From: Lingula anatina
Lineage: Eukaryota; Animalia; Brachiopoda
Assembly (NCBI GenBank): GCA_051362555.1
Contig: CM120640.1
Span: 25,282,225-25,346,224, forward strand
DNA length: 64,000 bases
Direction: 5' to 3'
Each line of letters begins with the position of its first letter. Positions within the stretch are counted from its first letter, which is position 1. This document shows positions 1 to 13,549 of the stretch, piece by piece. A model generated the notes under the pieces. It did not search any database and had not been told where the DNA came from. It saw nothing but the letters and a program-made list of their open reading frames with translations. Position numbers and translations under genes: made by a program.

Positions 1-3000
1 CTACTGATTTCATTCGAGATACAAAAATAACAAAACGTACTAAAATATTTTAAATATTCAAAGTCCTCATGATTATTTATTAAAAAATCGAACGATGCTC
101 CATCTTTTTGAATAACGCCTAAACAGTTCAGATACCCAATATAACAATATATCCCAGCAAATTCGGTCTAATGTACCCCCAGGTATTTATTTATTTATTT
201 ATTTATTTTGCCTTTATCTTTGAAACACTCCTTTACACTCTAGGCCTACAAGTTATAATTAATAGGGCATAACATAATATCTTGACGAAAATGTTAATAC
301 ATTTATGAACGTCCACAGTGAATAAAAGGGATGTTTCCTTGAATCCTAGAATTCTGTAATAGAATTGAATAAAGCGAATAAAAGTCTGCATGTCAGACTT
401 TGTCGACTGTTTGCCAATTGTGCTGTTAATGACAAGACCTTAAAAAACAAGGCTAAATGTCATGCTGACCTATATAATGCTGTCTATATCTTCAAAACGT
501 GAATACATCTTTTTACAACGAAAACGTGATAATTAGAAGAGAATTACACTAATGGCAATACTTTGAAAAGCAAAGTCAAATGTCATGCTGATCGGACTCA
601 CATGACCCTTTCAACTTTGTCGTGGTTTATTGGTTGATCGAGAAAAACAGTTCCGCCAATATCGTGCAAGTTTCAATAATTCGTTGCTGTCAGCAAATAG
701 TATCGTCTTTGTGTGAAAAAAACATACCTGAAGAACTTAGACAAGGCATAACACCACGTGCTGTATATACTTCATGTACAACTGTTGTCTTTTCTTTAGT
801 TTGAGTTAAACAATCAATAAAAAATACACTTTCTTATTTTTGAAAGTAAATTTAGTTTTGGAAAAATGCAATTCTACGTGTATCTACACTTTCGTCACAA
901 CAACAACTTTACCATTTAACAAATTTTTTTTTATACTTTGACATAAGTACAGTTGAATTCAAAACGTTACTTATGGATATTTCCTTTCCTTCTGTTTGTG
1001 TGTATGTTCATATGTTCATTATTTCAACCATACTTGCATTATTGTTTATTCTTTGTAGTTTTGATGTACCGGTAGAACCGTTTTAAGAAATAAAATATCA
1101 TTGTAACTCAGTTTGCATCATCTTACACTCTTGTTAAAACTATGGAATGTTTTGAAAATTATAGATATAATTTGGCGGTAGCATTGAGCAATAAACAATT
1201 TTCATATTACAAGGTGAACTAATGCAAAATAGTTGGTTAGAATTGTCAAACCCTGTATAGGAGAATGTATATCAGAATGGCAGGCCACGTGTACAAAGCA
1301 ATTTACGCGACCGAGCTTCAGCATTAGTCGTGCCTTTAAAACTACAGCCAGGAAGGATTGTATGCCCTAAGAGATGTGTGTCGTCAAAAGAGAACATTTT
1401 CAGTATCTTCTCTGAGGAACTGTTGCGAAATCTCACAATAACCCGAGATTCCAGAGGATAAGTCAACAGGAGACGCCTGATTTGTGGTCCTGGGCAAGGT
1501 GTACCCCTAACAAAACTTTTTTGACCCAACAGGGGAAGAGACGCCGCTAGTAATGGACCCTGCAACTCCATTGCCTCCATTGTGTGAAATGCGTCATGAG
1601 AGGCGTGCCTGGTTTTCTAATGAAGCAAAATTTCTTCTTCGTGGCGTTGTTAACAGACTCCATGATTCATGTCAAGTCAGGGAGAGATGAAGACAGTGAG
1701 GTGGGGATTGTTTTCTACGGCGTTGGTTCTATCTACCTCTGGCTGCCATTCCTTATGAATGTCCTACCAATCTGGCTTTCCTCAGAGAAAGTGTAGCTGC
1801 TGACGTCTACATACAAGTTCTGATGACAAAAATGATGCCATATGCCAGAGCCCATGCTAATTATGTGTAAATTTGGTGACATTCGGTTGCCTCTATGGAA
1901 ATGACAGTGAAACATCGGATTCGACGGGGTGCATGTCATAAATTTGAATAAATGGCATAAAGTAAGGGTATCTTCTCCGCCATTTTTTACCTTTACCATT
2001 TAATGTGTTAGTTATGGTATTTGGAATAAAAAGCGCTGTTTATAACAATTTACACATGGTGATCAATTGTAAATAAAAGCACATGGAATTAGAGGTGGGC
2101 AATATTTTTGGCCAATAGTGTAGCACTCTAGTTCCAGCTTTATCCCTCTCTGCTCTCAAATTGTTTCAAATTTACCTGTGGCAGCATTCGTAGAAGTTTT
2201 ATTTATTTTGAAAGCTCAGTATCTATAGTAATCCACAATGTTATTAAAAACATACAAAATTTACACGTTTATACAACTTGCTAATACTTTAGTGATGTCG
2301 TGAGGGTAAATCAGGATACATTTTGTGATTGGGCTTATTGTTGCTTGTTAAATTCTCGCTGGCGTCATGAGGACGTCATGAGGACGGTGCGATTTAACGT
2401 TTTTCTTTTCTTTTTTCTGTAAATACACGAAATATTCACTATTTTTAACATCGTTTCTCATCCATATGTGGGGTTAAAAAGCTGGAAAGCTAAGAAAATA
2501 TATTTTTATTTCATTTTCTCGTATTTTATTATTTACTTGATTTTTTAAATATACTGAACAATTTCTTTTGTAATATTTAATGTACGAAATACAAGCATTG
2601 CTAAAAGCTGTTTTAAAGTCTGATTGCAAATGTATGGCAGACACTGGCGCGCAAAACACCTACCTAAGAAGTGATGAATGAGACAGAGCGCAATCTAATA
2701 TAGGATATGCAATGAAGTCTGATAAGAAAGACATATCTCGGCAAAAAGCCAAGCTTTCCACTTGTAAGATAAACTACGAGTATATATCACCCACGTTGAC
2801 AATGGAGTTGATAACAATCTTGTTGCTTAAAACACAGGTAGCGAGTAACGAGCTCACCTTAAAGTTCCACAACAACCAACCAGGTTGGCTACATGTCAGA
2901 CAAATGGCTCATATTACCACAGAGGACAACATGATAGAATGGAGTATCAATAGCAATCAAACTATTAACCATTGCCTTAATAACAACCGCCTGAGCCCGC

Positions 3001-3789
3001 CAGTTAAAAGACACATTTCATTAATCAAATTATTACATGTCTCATAATGGCCTCCTATCATACCATCTCCAGTGGGCTGAAGCGCACATTGTGGTCCTTG
3101 ACTGCGGTAAATTGATAGTTAATTGTCAGAGTTAGGCAGCAATAAAGCATATTTCCCCTCCCACATTTATATTGACTATCCTTGTATCTTCACTGAAAGA
3201 GGATAGACTCCGGTCTCAGTAGGGTGATTAGATAAAATTAGGGAAGCATGCCCAAGTGCGGCAATAGTGGGAAACTCGCTTCCAGGCTAATTACTCGAAC
3301 GGTCATATTGTGTAGATCATAACATTATCTATATCTTTATATGCTGTGTCTGTTTTTCAAAATTTGCAAAATTGTAACACGAAATGAATAAATAAATAAA
3401 TGAAAAAAAAAACGGGCGCCATTGATGTTGTTTTACTGTGTATAACTGTTATTCAAAATTCAGTTTCATTTTATCGTTTCTTATTGCATATATTTTAGAG
3501 TTATTTCATAAGCTTTTGACCAAGCACTTACTTTTTATGGAAGGGCAAACGATGCTGCTACACCATACATGTGCTGTTTGTTCATGTGCTGCAGTCAGAA
3601 CAGCAATTAGGTTAAGGACTAACTTAAACCCACGAACTTAGATTATACTTTACTGCCCTAACAACATTTAATTCACAAATAAAACAGACTTGGCAAAAAG
3701 AAACATCAAATTCGGGCTTCCTGAAAACCATGACTTGCTTTGGCGTTGCCTCTAACTCCACCCACTGTCATTAATACAAATCTGTTGTG

Positions 3790-3945
3790 TTCCTATTGGC
3801 TAATACAAGAATACCACCTTTTGCATGCAGCTGATATCATAAAGCACTGTAGAACGTCATTCACGTCTGCTTTACCAATCAAATGTCAATCAACTATTTC
3901 TACTATTATTGGCCACCCACGTGCAACACACATGTATTAAAAGCT
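3790..3945 (+). promoter_or_regulatory. Putative proximal promoter of the IGFBP-like gene
   Basis: Three CCAAT/ATTGG boxes (~3795, ~3875, ~3908), E-box CACGTG at ~3918 and TATA-like TATTAAAA at ~3936, about 170 nt upstream of the ATG. Confidence 0.5.
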
Positions 3946-4108
3946 GAACGGAGAAAACCCCATGTCAATTTCAAGAGAAACAAGACGACATTATACTTAA
4001 GTAAAATTTGTTTGTGATTCATAGACTTTAACTTTTGATCTCAACAATTTCTGGAAACTCCTCTTGTTGCTACTTATTTTACTTAGTAGGGAGATTCAAT
4101 AGAGAGAA

Positions 4109-4478
4109 ATGAAAATAACGCAACAAGTAGTGAAAGGTGCTGAGATCGTAGCTGCGCTCGTGTTTATTGCAGTGGTTTGTTCAGCAACACCCAGGTCTAC
4201 TATAGACAGCAGTGACATTAAATTCTTTAACGAATTTTTCTCCTGTCCACCATGCGATAGGAGCACCTGTCCAGCGATTCCTTTGACCTGCGAACCTATC
4301 CTAGAGCCCGGTCGCTGCGGATGCTGCCTCACATGTGCACTCAAATTAGGCGACTTGTGCGGCGTGCGCACTCGGCGGTGTGGAAGAGGCCTGCAGTGTA
4401 GACCCAGAGTCGGAGCGGAGCACCCCTTACGGGACATTCTAGCAGGGAAAGGAATGTGCACAACGGATCCACGTCTAA
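4109..4478 (+). CDS. IGFBP-like protein, first coding exon (signal peptide + complete IB domain); downstream exons uncertain
   Basis: Hydrophobic N-terminus (IVAALVFIAVVCSA), then a 12-Cys IB domain CPPC..C..C..EPGRCGCCLTC..GDLCGVRTRRCGRGLQC..PLRDILAGKGMC matching the GCGCCxxC and CGxxTxxCxxGLxC motifs of IGFBP1-6. Strong donor AA|GTAAGT at 4479 (phase 1). Confidence 0.9.
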
Positions 4479-4906
4479 GTAAGTTTTTGGAAAAAACCAT
4501 CAGTTTGATGTTGGTTCATTTTGGTTTGTTATGTCTGCCTTTCTAGTTGGCTGTTTTGGTAGCGTGTGGTTAACTTTATTTGGTTTTGTACTTGCTTGCG
4601 TTTCCTAGTTGTCAGTAGTAGGCCTATCTAAACAGGGCATTGAAATGAGAACGCCAGTAAACGAAATGTTTAAAGAGAATTGATATTGAGCTAGATGTTC
4701 TTTTTATTCATACCTGTTGCGAATTATCGATCAGGCAAATTCCCTGTGTACAACACGCACTTCTCGTACGTAAAAAGAATTTAGTATTTCTCATTTTCTG
4801 GCTTACTTTCTACTGTCACCTTCCACAAGTCTGGACAGCACGCAATCACTGTGTTCGTTAATTGAGCTGTTTTGTGTTTGCCAGTATGTATTTTCCGGTT
4901 GCATGC

Positions 4907-4959
4907 CACTGGCAGATCCAGGATTTGCAAAGGTGATTGAGGGGTGGATGTGTGTGTGT

Positions 4960-4990
<31 letters not shown>

Positions 4991-5184
4991 GGGGGGGGCA
5001 CAGGGTCAAAATTATTTTGCATTGCTTCGCTCGGCAAACAGTAAATAATGTACGAGGACAATTATGCAATAATATGTTGGACACGGGATAGAATTGTTTG
5101 GTTTTGTCTCGTTTTGCGTGTTTTTACCACTTCTGTAGCTGGGGAAAAGGTGAGAAAGAGGTGCTTCAAAGATGGGCAATGCTC

Positions 5185-5216
<32 letters not shown>

Positions 5217-5453
5217 GGTCAAAATTATTTTGCATTGCTTCGCTCGGCAAACAGTAAATAATGTACGAGAACAATTATGCAATAATATGTTGGACACGGG
5301 ATAGAATTGTTTGGTTTTGTCTCGTTTTGCGTGTTTTTACCGCTTCTGTAGCTGGGGAAAAGGTGAGAAAGAGGTGCTTCAAAGATGGGCAATGCTCGGG
5401 GGGGGGGGGGGAGGCACGTTATCCACTGTATCCGTCCCTTAGATCCATCACTG
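4907..5453. mobile_element. Degenerate non-autonomous DNA transposon (MITE-like) with internal tandem duplication
   Basis: Imperfect inverted ends CACTGGCAGATCCAGG (4907) and CTTAGATCCATCACTG (ending 5453). Interior holds (GT)n, three G-runs and two 186-bp copies. No clean TSD. Confidence 0.45.
4999..5397 (+). repeat. Tandem duplication: two 186-bp copies (4999-5184, 5212-5397) bounded by poly-G runs
   Basis: Direct comparison: period 213 bp, two substitutions seen. Confidence 0.95.
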
Positions 5454-5998
5454 CACATGTGCCATTTGAAGTGCAAAATTAATGAAAATATTTATCAACT
5501 TATGGTTGACTCTATTTCACACAAATAAGAGTAAATTCTTTCTAACGAATAAAAGGGGAAGCAGCTCTGTGACCCTTTTGTTTTGAAAACTTCGGCATTT
5601 TATTTTCTGAATTGTATTATAGTTTTCAGATCGTTCTGGAAATATATTTTCTTAAAACCCGTTCAAAAGATCGATATGAATTTGCTTGGTTTGGTTTTAA
5701 GAATCACACTGAACCCAATTCCTTTTTTTTTTTTTTTAGAATAGCTTATACGTCCTTAAAATATCAAAATTTGAAATCAAGTCTTATTTTTATAAAAAGA
5801 AAGAAAGTAAGAAATTGATTAGTAACAGACCTAGCTCATTTTTTAACGTTCACCCGCTTTCTTTCTTCTTATTGTCATAACACGAATCATTTCGGTTGAC
5901 AGGACGATACCTCACATATTCAAAACGGTACTTTGTGATACTATGGCAAATGACAAGCGTAACGTAACTTTAAACCATCGCTCTTAGAGAAATACACC

Positions 5999-6001
5999 TG
6001 T

Positions 6002-6042
<41 letters not shown>

Positions 6043-6088
6043 TGTGCACGTGTGTGGCCGAATATGTGTGCGTGCGTATATTTGACAC

Positions 6089-6126
<38 letters not shown>
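5999..6126. repeat. Interrupted (TG)n microsatellite cluster
   Basis: Visible TG runs; source of the spurious CVCV/HTHT ORFs. Confidence 0.95.
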
Positions 6127-6856
6127 ATGTGTTCGTGCATATATTTGATGGAATTTCCTTTTTTCCTAAAAGGAAAAAAAGCGTTACATTTCACCTCCAC
6201 GAGGTGAACTCATCTTTAAGGCATAATGTTTATTAATTACTGTACATCGCGCAACTCGAGCCTATCAGGTATATTTATATCATAGGTACCTGATCACACT
6301 CGAGCAATGCCCGAGCATGAGAAATCTTCGGGCTATGGTTCTGTTTTTTACAAGCTAACATTAATCATATAAAGAACAATTTAAGTCTACATTGTTGTGG
6401 GTAGGGAATTCATGGGATTCGATAAATAGGTAGCTTTGAGAGGATAATTTCTCTACGAACAACGGCACTTTCCTCTATTAGTGAGATTAAGGCGGAAATA
6501 TTGGCGGTTTACCATAGAGCTGAAATATCTCTCTGTAAAAAGTTATTGGCATCTGGTTTGTGATACCAGCTAGCAGAAAATATATGCTTTCTCAAGCAAT
6601 CATTAGAAAAAAAGACAAAACAGAATACATTGGTCTTTTGAAGGACATAGTATCTTGCAGATTTGGTTTCGGCGCATTCAGAAGTGAACTTTAAATCTTG
6701 AAAGATGAATCAGTGGTTTTAAATGTTGGACACCACATGCATATAGTGTGTATGAGTAATGGCATTTTTACATTTGCGTTTACATGGGTGGTGATTTATA
6801 GCATAAAAATATTAACCGTTCAGGGGTGAAAAGGTTCTAGAAATTCATTCCCTTTG

Positions 6857-6857
6857 G

Positions 6858-6892
<35 letters not shown>

Positions 6893-6896
6893 GTGT
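6857..6896. repeat. (GT)n microsatellite
   Basis: Visible in sequence. Confidence 0.95.
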
Positions 6897-8290
6897 CAGT
6901 TTGAATAATCTATATAAACAGATCAAATCTGATATTGTTTTCATTGGTCTTCATGTAAATAATGCCCGTCAAAAGCTTTTCTTCACCCATATTCCCAAAT
7001 GTTATAAACTTTGTCGAGCGCCACAACAGTAAATTAAGAATCTACATTTGGTGAAAGTGAAGTCACTGTGTATAAAGAGAAAATATGTCAATAATGTTTC
7101 CCCTGTCTTATTTTTAACAATGACAAAAACTAGAGGTGTCCTTACAATGCAATAAACTCACCTTTTCCGTTGCCAATTTCTAAACAAATGACCGCAGGAA
7201 AAAGGCGTTTTTTTATATTTGTTCTTGTCTCATTAGACAGAAAATGAAATGAATGAGGTATGGCGATCTCTTATGTTCTGTTTCACATTAAATGCATCAT
7301 CCAATTTGCCAGGACAGAGAAAAGTGAAGGACAATGAGCAAATAACTGATATGCCAAGTAAGCTGTCTGGATTACGAATTACACTCGAGAGAACATTTCC
7401 TAGAATATTAAATGATCACCTTGGTTGACACTCTCCCTGATAGTCTTAGTAGCAAAACAAATGTCGTGTCAAAATATGACGTATTTTGTAATCATCTAGC
7501 TTTATCGAACATATGTCAAGTTTGAACAACAGTTAAACAAAACCAGCTAAAGAAAAAAGGAAAAAAGAAAAGCAAATGTACAAGATCACGCACAGAGTTG
7601 AATGTGTCGAGAGGTAGATTAGCAGATGAAAAAAAATACATTGATTGTTGAATGTGTGTCCTCAAATTTACATTGACACGATTTTTTGAAAGAAAATATA
7701 TCAAAAATGCTTTAAAATCTAGAGTAGATTAGTCCGTGCTTTGAACAAAAGTTTTAAAACGAAAACACTGATTTTGCATTCTAAACTCCCATGATCATCT
7801 GCCTCTGAGCTTTGTATATTAACTTTGCTTTCGGTAAAACGATTGACAACATGGCTCAGATAAAATCGAGCCAGACGGAAAAAGCATCATCTGTCACATT
7901 CTGAATCCCAAGGTGCCCACTTACACAATAATTCCATCGTGATATAGATTGTGATATAGATTAATGAAAGAAAAAATGTGTATTGCAGAATCTGCCACAG
8001 GCTTTCAGCGATATAATTGGCTTCCGACCTCACATCACAATAATGAGATTTGCCTAGAATGACCGAATATGAGAATTGTATTTATGGTGTTTTTCTTCAC
8101 GAAAAGGAAGTATGTAGGAGCAGTTGTTTTGTGTTTTCTTTCTTGGTGCTGAAGTCGAAGAATACAGCGGCTAATCATTACGAAATAAAAAGTAGCGCCA
8201 GTTCTTATATACCGCACCCCAAACGAGTCCCATTGCGGTTAACAGTAGATGTAAATGCCTTGTATATATATATTTTTGACCTGATTCAGA

Positions 8291-8400
8291 CTGGGTGTAG
8301 GCGTGAGAAGGCACCGTTTATGAAGGACTGGAATGTCCTCGGACGGGGTCGAACCCACGTCCTCCCGCAGTCCGGTCGGTGTAAAATGCACAAGTGCGCG
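8291..8400 (-). mobile_element. Possible tRNA-derived SINE remnant
   Basis: Minus strand reads GGACGTGGGTTCGACCCCGTCC (B-box/T-arm-like) in a GC-rich patch. No complete cloverleaf or clear A box. Confidence 0.35.
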
Positions 8401-10643
8401 AACATATAGCGTATGTGAATATTCCCACAATCTAAATGATCGTACCTTTGCCCTAAAAAACCTGCTCATGAATATGACTATCAGTAGGTCTTTATTTTAG
8501 CTAATGTATATCAGACGAACAGATAAATGCAAAAACAAACAAGCAATTAACTTTTTCATCGACTGTGACTACATAAATGTTCAGTTCAACTTTCGATCCT
8601 ACTATTTTGCCAACTTAAGACAGCGCTTGGCACAAGTAGCTCATTCTGCTTTTAATTGCGGAACCGGTGCATCTGAAAACCAGTAAGAACTATTATAAGG
8701 GTACAGTACACTATATGTTTTTGATTATATTGAAAATAATAAGTGAACAAGAGCCTGGGAAAAACAACCACCAATTGAATTTAATTGTAAAAATTCCGAT
8801 GAGGCCTTTCCTGTTTATTATCATAGGGAACTTCTGGCATACAGTCAATAACCCAGCCAAAAATTGTAATTGTGGGCATAAATGATACTCGTTTCATATT
8901 CATATTCATTTTAAATTACAGAACCATGAATTCCAAAGTCCTAGAAATTTATTTATATAATTTCTACATAAGCAAATATTTCTGTTCAGTTTACGTTTAA
9001 TGTTGTGTAAAACACATTGATTAATGTGCCTTTTTATTGTAAAACTTGGTTGCAAAAACGTCCAAAGACAATTTCCAACAAACATGTAAGTCCTATGCTC
9101 TTAGAAACTGAATTTTGTAATTTTTTTTTTCTTTTAGAAATTATGAAACATTTTTTTGGCCTGAAAAAGCTTCTACATTGGTGAAGTTTTAATACTGCGA
9201 TGATGATGTGTTACAATGGAATAGACGCCGCCATATTTGCATGAATAGGAGAAATATCTCCATACCTATTTAAATTAATCTCTGTGCTCTGGCTTTTTTT
9301 TTCACTCACGATTACAAAAAACCGGGAAAACATTAATATGAATGTGAATTATAGCACGGGGGGAAAAGATAACAGTGGTTAGGCCTGTCGAGGGAGAGGT
9401 CTCTTGCACTCCCTGCCGACGACAGTGCCGTTTAGCAGTAAATTGGACTAATGCTAATAGTATTGATGGAAGACTCCCAAATGTGACCGCTGATGTTATG
9501 TGTTGCAATTGGCTTTTACTATGACAGCATGCATGTGTATAGCGAGAGATATTATGTGATATACGCTTTATTCGGTTTTATGGGTGCTTTTCGATGAAAT
9601 GCGAGCACATTCTCTCGGTATGCCTGTCCCAAAAGGTTCGCTCGATATGACAGGACATGGTTAACATGGGCTCACACAGAAAAGTGTCAAATGAGTTGAA
9701 GATCGTGTCCTCAACTTAACAACACAAGGTTCATGTTTGCATAAGAAGATGATTGACGTCAAATGATTACTTTTAGAAAACCCAATTCATTATTAAAACT
9801 TAATCACTGACTTCGTTCCCGAGGGAAGCAACCATTAATGTATAACAATTTGGGTAATAACTGAGAAACAAGGGGAAACAATGCTACTGTTTCTAGCAAA
9901 TAATGTGAATGTTGGCTCCGTTGGGAACGACAAATAGGAAGGTTTCAAAATAATTGTAAATACTACTCTTTAATGATTAAGTGCATACGAAAAATTGCTG
10001 TTTGTTTCCAAAAAAGGCAACTGTAAAGATGTTCGTTATATTAAGTGTCTGAATTCTTCTCATACCAGAAATTGTTTTCCTTGAATTATGTGTCTTCAGC
10101 CTGGATCCTGGAAAATGTACGCTCTGTAAAAACGTGCATTCCGTGAGTCGATTAGATATAGATGGCAAAAGAAGCATAAATTACCCTCGAAATTAATCTT
10201 TTCATGCAAACTCAGAGGTTTATTCCTTCCGTGTTTACTTCAAGTACATTTGTACCTACATGTATGTCAGCTTTGTTAAGAGTCACCTTATAAGTGTCTA
10301 ATCAATTAGTCTAGCTTTTTGATTGAGTGTCGGGATTTTTGTAGCATGGACGTAATAAATTACTCTGATGGTTTTATGTTGTGGAAAGGCACACTAAAAT
10401 CTGATAGCTGCGGCAAAAAATGCCGTATACTCTTACAATATCATTTCTGACTATCCTTGCCATTTAATATTGCATCTCTTCGTCTCTTCACTTTATCATT
10501 TTTTTATATGTGGTATTCTAACACCGAAAGTTTCAAAGTCGGTTTCTTTTAAGTTAGGTAACATCTAATATACTGTGTACCTACTCGTTCATATTTTCGG
10601 TATAGATAGTCCGCAATTTTATAACGGATTTTCTACATTGCAG

Positions 10644-10676
10644 GCAAAAGAACAACACGGGGAGGTGCCACGCTTG
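10644..10676 (+). CDS. Candidate 33-nt exon 2 of the IGFBP-like gene ((S)KRTTRGGATL)
   Basis: Acceptor ttctacattgcag, donor G|GTAAGA, phase 1/phase 1, open in the frame set by exon 1. No transcript evidence. Confidence 0.45.
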
Positions 10677-11057
10677 GTAAGAGTTAACTGTGATGATTGC
10701 AGTCGATATTGGTAATAACCATCGGAGAAGAACGTTCCAGAGGCAGACAAGAAAGGGGACCAAACTGTGCATTCAAAGAACTTTCTTTCTTGTTCAAAAT
10801 CAACGGGAAGATATTTATCAGTTTCCTGGCAAAAAAAGCATTTATTTATTTATTGACAGTTGGAGATCAAAGAGGAAAGAAAACAACTGTGATATGTATT
10901 AGACATGGTTGCTAGTGTTTTTTTTTTCAAAACATGACCATCTATTTTTCTTAGGGGGTGGCAGCTTAATACTACATAAGTGTGTTTCTAAGTGCTAGTA
11001 CTAATCAAGGTAGAAGAGGTTCTGAATAGAATTTTTGGCGGCCATATTTGTTGAGCA

Positions 11058-11058
<1 letters not shown>

Positions 11059-11105
<47 letters not shown>
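11059..11105. repeat. (TA)n microsatellite
   Basis: Visible in sequence. Confidence 0.95.
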
Positions 11106-11111
<6 letters not shown>

Positions 11112-13547
11112 CACAATGAGCCGTGAATTTCTGTAAGTCTCTGAAATTTTGTTGAATTGGATGAAAAATCTTAAGACTTTCTATGGTGTCGTTATTTAGT
11201 CGTAATTTTTTGAGTGTTGTAAGAAATTGCTTTTTGATGTTGTCAGTTGGGAGTGAATGTTACTGGAAAACAAAATGATACTCCACTAGTCAAATTAAGA
11301 GCGCCTCCAACTTCCTGATTAGTTGAAGATACGTAGTAGACGCCCGTGAGATTGCCACTGGTGGCAAGGTAAACCGCAAAACTTCACTGACGAAAGCAGA
11401 ACCCGGAAACTGGCACGAAAACAGCAGTACTTAGCTGACCTGCTTTACTGCTGAGGTTTTTGGCACCAGCAGCTGGCCGTAGTTCATATTAGAGTATTAT
11501 ATCTCTGGGACAGGTTTAATGTCTATTAACCTAATGTTTATTGGATTAATGGCAATTAAGTTGATTAAGCTAGTGCACGTATCTTTATGATAAATTGCCA
11601 CAACCGTCCTTGATCAGACTATTCTTATACTGACACGTTAAGCTGCTTGTTGAAAAGTAAGACTAGGAATTTGAATGTAGCTCATTGATGAGCCCTCTTG
11701 ATGTTTCATAATTATAGGAGTGTATATAAAATGTAAATATTAATTTATATGGTATAATCAAACTATTTATTGATATTGAAAGTAAGGAAGTTCTCAAAGT
11801 TGGCTAAACATTCCACGGATCACTTTAAGCTTTCCACTAAGCTCTAATCGAACTTAAGTGTATTTATTTTTCATTTATTACTCCAACATCTCTATTACTA
11901 ATATCGTTACTATCTTTTGCCAAGTCATTTGTAAGTTATGGTTTCAATGTAGGCCTAATTGGCAAGTCAATAAACGAACGTAGATATCACGTATTCATAT
12001 TCTATGCTACTTTTCAAAATTAACCCATTTCTGATAAGGTTTAGAAAATCTTATTCAATGATATAATTTAGCCATAAATAGTTCCCGAACCTCCTTAAGT
12101 TAAGCAGTTCTGACTATATGGACAGCACAACAGGTACATCTTTACGTCTCTAAACTTCTTCCATTACAGTCGCAACTTGTAGAAACACACCAGTTAATAA
12201 TAAGTAAGCGTGTTCTAGTGCGCTTGCAGAAGACATACACATACGGGTCCGTAGGCATACCTGTCTTCACCAGTGCTCCGGAAGTCTAGGGCCACGCATA
12301 TTCTGCATTGTCAGACCAAGCGGTACATTGATACCCTACGACTTCTCATCACAGACTCTAGCAAATTAATACTCAACAATATTATTTAGATAGAACCCTG
12401 TGTATCACAAAAGTGAAAAATTGATTACTCGGACATATTTACAGACCATTGTCGACTTCCCACAAGATACCGCCGTCGATACATGATTGAAAATAAACAG
12501 GGTTATTTTGATGAACGCTTACCAGACGTAGAATTAAGGCCTCGCTAATCAAACAAATATTTCCATTTGCATATGGTAAGAATTGACAATAACCACATTC
12601 TATTGCCCTAGTCTTCATTTCACTCAATAAAACGCCGTAACAGTGAGTTCATGTAGTAATTGTGTTGATACCAGCTGTCGAGATCATCTGTTATGATGTT
12701 TCCATATATCTTTTCATGTGTAAAATCTTATGCGGCATAAAATAAATTTGATTACGCACTATGACTCTGACTTCTGACATTTTATTGAACAAAGTGAAAT
12801 GAGCGAAATAAGCGAAATAAGGTATTTTTCTAATATGTATTTTTTCAATTCTCTATTAAAGAAATATTTACTTGATATTTTCGTTTACATTCTATGATCT
12901 TTTTGCTCTAAAAAGCTGCCCAGCTCGGTAAATTTTCCTCGCTCTTTATCACTCCTTGAAATAGCAAACAAAAAAGTTCATCGGGGAATACAGAATTGTC
13001 CTAGCACCAAATGACTTCAGGTCCACATTACCTGTTCCGGTCAAAGCATTCAAGCCAAGCATCAAAGATAAACTTGGTGATTAGCCACGATTAACCCGTT
13101 CAAAGTCGTCCATTTTATATTTCAACTCGTTGTGTTGTCACAGGTGGCATTGTTCTTGCGGTAGCTTTAATGTGGAATGTCTTCCATTGACCTTCTTTGA
13201 TTGCTAAGGAGCGACTGTATTTCGTTTGAAATGATGCCTACACTGTCCATTAGTATGGCCATTCGTTTACTTCCGCGTTTCTTCACAGAAAGCACTCTGG
13301 ACTGTTACAGAGATGATCGAATGTTCTGGGTCGAATTACCGCCCCCATCCCGCTTTCTAATATAAAAAAGATTTCTTTTATTGTAGATGATGATGACAAA
13401 TGAACAACTGAACGTGTAAAAAAAGCAAGAACAGTACTGTCAAAACGGACTTAGAATAACAAATACCTTGAAAGCATTTAACCTAACTTAGAGGATATTT
13501 TTTTTTAATTGCTAATAATCCTCTGACGCTACACTACTCCTTAAGCT

Positions 13548-13549
<2 letters not shown>

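Noticed and set aside
4096-4500. 134-aa minus-strand ORF
   Set aside because: Antisense shadow of the GC-rich IGFBP exon; no recognisable motif.
4479-4546. Read-through tail of the 145-aa IGFBP ORF (…ISLMLVHFGLLCLPF*) as the true C-terminus
   Set aside because: It begins at a consensus GTAAGT donor and is T-rich like intron sequence, so splicing is more likely; an intron-retained hydrophobic-tail isoform cannot be excluded.
4803-6236. ORFs with poly-Pro, poly-Gly, CVCV or HTHT runs
   Set aside because: Translations of G homopolymers and (GT)n microsatellites.
8330-8400. Possible tRNA gene
   Set aside because: Only a T-arm/B-box-like piece is present; no acceptor stem, D-arm or anticodon arm could be folded.
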